Shown here piece by piece: positions 47,444 to 52,571 of a DNA stretch of 52,571 bases. The stretch spans positions 1-52,571 of the forward strand of contig CAINDI010000113.1 in the NCBI GenBank assembly GCA_903847335.1. Direction: 5' to 3'. Numbering within the stretch: position 1 is the stretch's first letter; each line of letters starts with the position of its first letter. The notes under the pieces are model-generated. The model was not told the origin of the DNA. It did no database searches and saw only the letters and a list, made by a program, of their open reading frames with translations. The translations under genes and the position numbers were made by a program. This DNA comes from an uncultured Verrucomicrobiota bacterium. GTDB lineage: Bacteria > Verrucomicrobiota > Verrucomicrobiia > Palsa-1439.

Positions 47444-49000
47444 TTATTTCTCCTTTTTTGCGTGATGATCGCGGTTGCGGTAAGTGTTCGCCCAAGCCGA
47501 AGTGCCTTCGAGGCTGGCATTGTAAAATACGGCCGGGCCATCGAGCATGTGTTCGGCTTCGCCGTAAGCTTTCAGTCGGTCGTAAGCGCGCGCCCAGAGA
47601 CAATCTTTGTCGTCGAGTTCGCACCGGCCTTCCGCCGAACCGCCGCACGGACCGTTGCGGCCGGTTTTGGAACAAGCTTTGCGCGGGCAAAGATACGCGG
47701 TGTCCGGTAGCGAGCAATCGCCGCAATCTTTGCAGCCGAATGCCATTTCTTTCGAGACGCGTTCGATGCTGTGCAATGCTCGAGACGCCAGATTATCGCC
47801 GTTTTTTTCGAGCTGAGTGTAAATTTTTTGCATCGCCGGATAAAATCCTTCGCCGGCGACGAAAAATTTCTCGTGAATTTTTCGCGTGAGCCGGTAACCC
47901 AGCGGCGCGGGATTTTCCAACGCCTTCCGGTACTCGCGATTCAATTGCGTGACGTCGCCGAGACCGGTGGCGGGGTCGGCTTCAAAAAGGTAAAATTCAT
48001 CCGGTTTCGAATACTGAATTTCTTTGGCAAATTCTTTCCAGTCGTTTTCGCCGTAGCTCTGCGCTAGCTCGATAATTTTGCCGAACGATTCCGCTTTACC
48101 GAGACCGCCGAGATAGCCACCGGCGAAGCCTAAGCCTTTGAACACGGCGAGTTGTTTCGCGGCGAGTTCGTTGAAAAAGCTCCGGCCTTTGTCGGGACCG
48201 GCGGCGTATTTCTCAATGAGCGCAAAAAGTTTATCGCTGACGACACAGCCGGGGATTTTGTTTTTGTTGAACAAACCGGCGACGGTTTTGTTGAGGACGT
48301 AGACATTGCCGATGACCGGCGCTTGGACTTGCGCCCATTGCATGAAAAGTTTGATTTCGTAAAACTTTCGCATGTCGTAGCCGAGTTGCGAAATTACCCA
48401 CTCGGCGCCGCAATGGATTTTGCGGGCGAGTTTGAAATATTGCGGCATCAATTCGCGTTCTTGGCGTTTGAATGGCGAAACGGCGCAGCCGGTAAAGAAT
48501 TTTGTCTGTGGAAATTTTTCGGTCTTACCGCCGGGACGCTGAACTTCGAGACCGTCGTTCATTGCTTTGAGCATGGCAATGAGGCTGACAGAATCTAAAT
48601 CAAAGACCGGTCGCGCTAAACCGCCGTAGCCGGTGATTGGATAATCACCGGTGAGGGCAAGCAAGTTATCAAAGCCTTCAAGTGCATACCGCCACGCGGC
48701 GGATTCAAGACCGTTTCGGTTCAGGTCTTTGCAAGTAAGATGAATCGCCACCGGGACTGATTGACCAGCCAGCATACCGGCAATCCAGTCGGGCGGAAGC
48801 ATTGGATTGCCGCCGGGGTTATCGGTAATGGAGAGCCAGCCGATGCGTGGGTCTTGGGCAAGCGCTTTGCCGAGATCGATGAGTTTGTGTTGTTCGCCGG
48901 GAGCCGGAATGCCGCGCGTGCTGACCAATTCCGCGCCGTACACGAAGCGTCCGCCGGTAATGGCGGCTCGAAAAGTCTCTCGATTACTAATTGGATCCAT
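47444..49000 (-). CDS. metF: Methylenetetrahydrofolate reductase MetF fused to a C-terminal MetV (Cys-rich) domain
   Basis: ITDNPGG, HLTCKDLNR, LTGDYP, FDLDSV, SQLGYD. C-terminal CKDCGDC...CPRKACSK..RNGPCGGS...C.....CLW (MetV/MTHFR_C). Confidence 0.85.
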   Translation of the reverse strand: MDPISNRETFRAAITGGRFVYGAELVSTRGIPAPGEQHKLIDLGKALAQDPRIGWLSITDNPGGNPMLPPDWIAGMLAGQSVPVAIHLTCKDLNRNGLESAAWRYALEGFDNLLALTGDYPITGYGGLARPVFDLDSVSLIAMLKAMNDGLEVQRPGGKTEKFPQTKFFTGCAVSPFKRQERELMPQYFKLARKIHCGAEWVISQLGYDMRKFYEIKLFMQWAQVQAPVIGNVYVLNKTVAGLFNKNKIPGCVVSDKLFALIEKYAAGPDKGRSFFNELAAKQLAVFKGLGFAGGYLGGLGKAESFGKIIELAQSYGENDWKEFAKEIQYSKPDEFYLFEADPATGLGDVTQLNREYRKALENPAPLGYRLTRKIHEKFFVAGEGFYPAMQKIYTQLEKNGDNLASRALHSIERVSKEMAFGCKDCGDCSLPDTAYLCPRKACSKTGRNGPCGGSAEGRCELDDKDCLWARAYDRLKAYGEAEHMLDGPAVFYNASLEGTSAWANTYRNRDHHAKKEK

Positions 49001-49250
49001 GTTGATTACTTATGTTTTGTTGACCCGCCGTATTGACGACAGGACACGCTGTAATGCTGTAAGTTTCGTGAAACACTAGGAAAATAAGGGTTATGCCTTA
49101 ATTTGACAATGCTCCTGACTCGCGAAAACATACCGGTTATTGACTGATGTGGCGCAGTTGTAAAAATCTGCAAACTATAAATTTTGTTCGTGCAAACTGC
49201 GGGGCAGACGCCTAAAGTTACGGCTCAATAACTTCAGGAGATTTAATTCT

Positions 49251-50087
49251 ATGGCACTCAAAGAGATTACAATTGGCCACAGTCCCGACCCCGATGACGC
49301 ATTTATGTTTTATGCGCTGACGCACGGTAAGATTGATACCGGTGGATTGAAAATTAAACACCACATTGCCGGGATTGAGGAACTGAATCACAAAGCCGTC
49401 GAAGGTGAATTTGAAGTGTCGGCGCTGAGTGTTCATGCCTATGGCTATACGATGGATAAGTATGCGTTGATGAAATGCGGTGGGAGTTTTGGCGATGGCG
49501 TGGGGCCGATTGTGGTGGCGAAGAAGAAAATGGAAATTGGCGAATTGGCGGATGACCGGATTGCGGTGCCGGGGACGATGACGAGCGCGTATTTGCTGCT
49601 GAAATTGCTTCTCATTAATTTCAAATTTGAGGTGGTGCCGTTCGACAAGATTATGGATGCGGTGCTGAATGGCGACGTGGATGCCGGGTTGTTAATTCAC
49701 GAAGGCCAACTCACGCACAAAAAACACGGCTTACACAAAATTGTTGATTTGGGCGAATGGTGGCAGGAGGACATGAACCTGCCGGTACCGCTGGGTGTGA
49801 ATGTGGTTCGCAAAGATCTCGGCAAGGAAATGATGCAGCGTTTGGCGAAGCTGACGCAGGAAAGTATTAACTACGCGATGGCACACCGGACCGAAGCCGT
49901 CGATTACTCCATGAAATACGGGCGCGGCATGGATGTGAAGACGACAGACAAGTTTGTCGGCATGTACGTCAACAAGTGGACGGTGGATATGGGTGAGGAT
50001 GGCCGGCGATCCATCACGCAACTGCTGACGCGCGCTTACCATGCCGCCTTGATTCCGCGGCCGGTGCATTTGGAATTTGTGGAATGA
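49251..50087 (+). CDS. mqnD: 1,4-dihydroxy-6-naphthoate synthase (MqnD family)
   Basis: GHSPDPDDAFMFYAL, GPIVV, AVPG..TSA, FD.I, LIHEGQL, DLGEWW, PLG, YVN. AGGAG SD. Confidence 0.82.
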   Translation: MALKEITIGHSPDPDDAFMFYALTHGKIDTGGLKIKHHIAGIEELNHKAVEGEFEVSALSVHAYGYTMDKYALMKCGGSFGDGVGPIVVAKKKMEIGELADDRIAVPGTMTSAYLLLKLLLINFKFEVVPFDKIMDAVLNGDVDAGLLIHEGQLTHKKHGLHKIVDLGEWWQEDMNLPVPLGVNVVRKDLGKEMMQRLAKLTQESINYAMAHRTEAVDYSMKYGRGMDVKTTDKFVGMYVNKWTVDMGEDGRRSITQLLTRAYHAALIPRPVHLEFVE

Positions 50088-52039
50088 GTAGTTCCGGAGG
50101 TCGAGGCGTAAGCACTCGCAGTCATCACGAACCGCTATTCTGGGAATTGCGGCGCAAACCGGTGGTGCAATTCTGTCATCGCGCGATTTTCGCGCTGATC
50201 GTTTTTGTGCTGATCTATTCGGTGGTGATGTATGGAGCCACGCCGGAATGGGTGCAAGGACCGGTGGTTGCGGCGGTAATCTTAGCGGTACTTTTTTGGG
50301 CAATCCGGATTGCGGTAGTGCCGGAGGTCGAGGTGGTATTTTCGGCGCTGGGAACGCCACTCTTTCTTGCCGGACTCTATTTAATTCTCCGGTATGCCCT
50401 GGCCGATATCGAACCAGTGAGCCGGCCGAGCATGTTACTGGCGATTAGTGCGTTGTTGTTTTTCTTTGTCCTCCTCAATGATTTTAGTCACCGGTGGCAA
50501 ATTACGGCGATAGTTTGGATTATCACAATTCTTGGCGTACTGCTGGCAGTCTACGGTTGCGTGCAAGTCTTATGTCATCAAGCCTATGCGTGCGGAACAT
50601 TTCTCAAACCGATGGATTTGGCGGTGTTTTTGCAAATGGCGTTTGCGGTCGCGACGGCGAATTTTTTTCTATCGCACCGGTCGCAATCTGAAAAATTAGG
50701 TTTAGCCTTTGCCGGCATCGCAATTTGCATTGGCTTACTAGTGACATTTTCTATCTGGCATTGGCTTGGTTGGAGCGCGGCGCTCATTGTGGTGGCGCTC
50801 TTTACTGCCTTTAAACGGACTTGGCATTTCCGGTGGGTCGTAGCCGGGGCCTGTGTGCTCGTCGCGGTGACCGGTGCCGTGATTTTTGGAGCGATGTCCA
50901 TCCGGAATCAAAATATTGCTGACGGTAGTGAAGGCCCGATTCTGCAGGCAAAATTATCCGCAGTTGCCGGCTCGCAGCCAGTACCGGAATCCGCGTCGAA
51001 TGCGGAATTGACCCAGCGCGGACTTTGGGATGCGGCGTTGACTATTGGTCAGAATAATTTTTGGGTCGGCGGCGGTGGTGGGATGTTTCCGTGGCTATTT
51101 CCACGCCACCGGACGGTGCAAGGAGTTCCGGAGCGTTGTCCGAATCTCTATCTGCAAGTGTTCGCGGAATACGGTGGGCTAGGCGTGATATTATTCATTT
51201 GGATTGGCGTGGGTTTAGCGCTGGCGATGTTGAGTATCATCCGGTTGCGCGACAAAAAATATTCATCGGAGCGGCTCTCCAATCGTTATGCATTTGTGGT
51301 GACCGGGTTGGCTATTTTGGCGGCGGTCGCAATCAATGCCGGTGTTGACCTGAATTTACAGGTCGGCGGTTTGCTGTTTCCATTGCTTGCAATTATGGCG
51401 ACCACCTTAACCTGTGGCGTGCACCGGCGTGTGAACGAAGATGATCAGCGCGAGCAACCCGGCCACCACCTCACCATCCGGTTGTTTGGTGTCAGCCGAT
51501 TCGTGTTAGTCGCCGGACTTGTCGGACTGGCATTATTTCTAACAGCGGGCGCTCGCCGGACGTATCCAGCGAAATTTTTCCTCCATCGTGGCCGGCAACA
51601 ACTGGCGCGATTGGATTGGGCCGGTGCCGAACAAACTTTCCAGCGAGCGCGTTGGTTTGATGGCCGGAGTTACAAAGTCGCCGAAGCGCTCGGCGATCTC
51701 TACATTGCTCGCGCCACTTGGGATCTTCAACACCGGGCAGCTTTTGGTCAGAAAGCCTATGAGTGGTACAATCGCGCTCTGACGCTCAATTATTATGCCG
51801 CCGACATCCAAGTTAAAATCGGTCGCCTTCAGGATGTGCTCGGTAACTCCACCAAAGCGCAAGCCGCATACCGGCAGGCGCTCGATATTGACCCGTTGAA
51901 TGCCTCCTATCATGTTGCGCTGGGCCAATCGTATGCCCGCGCCGGTGACGAAGATGAAGCGCAACATCAATTCCGTCTCGCCCACAATCTCGGCGCGACC
52001 GAAATTTTACCGGCGCTCGAAATCCCCAGTCCGAATTAA
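50084..52039 (+). CDS. O-antigen-ligase (WaaL/Wzy_C)-fold membrane protein with C-terminal TPRs; catalytic motifs degenerate
   Basis: About 12 TM segments; R.LW..A......W.G.G.GMF and N.YLQ.FAE.G..G Wzy_C patterns; three to four TPRs. Confidence 0.75.
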   Translation: MSSSGGRGVSTRSHHEPLFWELRRKPVVQFCHRAIFALIVFVLIYSVVMYGATPEWVQGPVVAAVILAVLFWAIRIAVVPEVEVVFSALGTPLFLAGLYLILRYALADIEPVSRPSMLLAISALLFFFVLLNDFSHRWQITAIVWIITILGVLLAVYGCVQVLCHQAYACGTFLKPMDLAVFLQMAFAVATANFFLSHRSQSEKLGLAFAGIAICIGLLVTFSIWHWLGWSAALIVVALFTAFKRTWHFRWVVAGACVLVAVTGAVIFGAMSIRNQNIADGSEGPILQAKLSAVAGSQPVPESASNAELTQRGLWDAALTIGQNNFWVGGGGGMFPWLFPRHRTVQGVPERCPNLYLQVFAEYGGLGVILFIWIGVGLALAMLSIIRLRDKKYSSERLSNRYAFVVTGLAILAAVAINAGVDLNLQVGGLLFPLLAIMATTLTCGVHRRVNEDDQREQPGHHLTIRLFGVSRFVLVAGLVGLALFLTAGARRTYPAKFFLHRGRQQLARLDWAGAEQTFQRARWFDGRSYKVAEALGDLYIARATWDLQHRAAFGQKAYEWYNRALTLNYYAADIQVKIGRLQDVLGNSTKAQAAYRQALDIDPLNASYHVALGQSYARAGDEDEAQHQFRLAHNLGATEILPALEIPSPN

Positions 52040-52040
52040 T

Positions 52041-52403
52041 ATGCAACCGCAGACCGGCATCATTCTCGTCACGCACGGTTCCCGACTCGCCGCCGGCAAT
52101 GACGCGCTCCTCCAATTTGCCGTACAACTCCGGCAACGCCTCGGCACTGAACTTATCGAACCGGCGTTTATGGAAATCGCGCAGCCGAGCATTCCGGTGG
52201 CGATTCACAAATTGATTCAGCAAGGTTGCCGGCATATTTTCGGCTACGCCTTATTTCTCGTTCCCGGCACGCATCTGCAAAACGACATTCCGGCGCTGTT
52301 CGCCGAAGTGCTAAAAGACCATCCCGGTGTCACGTGGGAACTTTCGCCCCCGATGCTCACTGAACCGCGACTCCTCGACTTTGTTGCTGACCAGCTTAAA
52401 TAA
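52041..52403 (+). CDS. cbiX: Short single-domain CbiX/SirB sirohydrochlorin chelatase
   Basis: THGSR, AFMEIAQPSI, FLVPGTHLQNDIP; both metal-binding His present. ATG 52041, 120 aa. Confidence 0.8.
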   Translation: MQPQTGIILVTHGSRLAAGNDALLQFAVQLRQRLGTELIEPAFMEIAQPSIPVAIHKLIQQGCRHIFGYALFLVPGTHLQNDIPALFAEVLKDHPGVTWELSPPMLTEPRLLDFVADQLK

Positions 52404-52410
52404 GAAATAG

Positions 52411-52440
52411 TTGACGGAGTCACAAAGTTACCGGTAGAGT
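52411..52440 (+). promoter_or_regulatory. Sigma70-type promoter driving the riboswitch leader
   Basis: TTGACG-N18-TAGAGT. Confidence 0.55.
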
Positions 52441-52449
52441 CCGCGCCAG

Positions 52450-52571
52450 TTCTTTAGGAAAATGCGTCGGCGCAGGGAATGCCGTGAGATTCGGCAACAG
52501 TGGCGCTGCTGTAACTGGATACGAAAGCCCAATTGCCATCCGAATGGAGAAGGCGGGCCGGTAGATTTGAA
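52450..52571 (+). ncRNA. Cobalamin riboswitch (truncated by the window edge)
   Basis: AGGGAA-TGCCGTGAGATTCGGCA (T-loop hairpin)-ACAG..GCTGCTGTAA...GCCAT...GAGAAGGC; order and spacing match the B12 element. Confidence 0.85.

Noticed and set aside
43691-49000. Complete Wood-Ljungdahl (acetogenesis) cluster
   Set aside because: No ACS, CODH, corrinoid Fe-S protein, FolD or formate dehydrogenase in the window; autotrophy cannot be claimed.
49140-49240. c-di-GMP-I, SAM, THF or ZTP riboswitch in the metF/mqnD intergenic region
   Set aside because: GCAAAC and CTAAA fragments are present, but the GNRA/receptor stems and the other consensus cores could not be built on either strand.

Overview
A gene-dense bacterial chromosome segment, probably Verrucomicrobiota/PVC. 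That assignment is inferred from a Planctomycetes/Verrucomicrobia-restricted Minf_1886-family gene, a PEP-CTERM protein, a long-form IspG and an acetyltransferase-only GlmU-like gene. It carries about 49 CDS. These include maf (partial)/hemW/cysE/cysteine desulfurase, tolQRAB-pal, tatAC, an M16 peptidase operon, two TMTC-like GT-C/TPR membrane proteins, fmt, mqnC/mqnD (futalosine menaquinone route), dusB, purA-uppS-cdsA-[antisense insert]-dxr-rseP-ispG, thyA-folA, an RRM protein, a PEP-CTERM protein and a short CbiX. A cobalamin riboswitch sits at the right edge. I saw no mobile elements, CRISPR, tRNA or rRNA. Most notable observations: (1) a tightly coupled C1 operon, MetF-MetV fusion / AcsE-like methyl-THF:corrinoid methyltransferase / Fhs / oxalate-formate antiporter. 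It looks like a stand-alone methyl-to-formate module with no ACS/CODH in the window and lies next to a second, YitJ-type MTHFR. (2) Very strong over-representation of the palindrome RCCGGY, resembling cyanobacterial HIP1. (3) Pervasive leaderless promoter-start geometry, which corrects several ORF starts and exposes an unannotated 45-aa membrane protein. (4) A WaaL-fold/TPR protein that has lost its catalytic motifs. (5) Kilobase-scale GC-skew flips that do not follow gene strand. All family calls are by motif recognition only; no searches were run.
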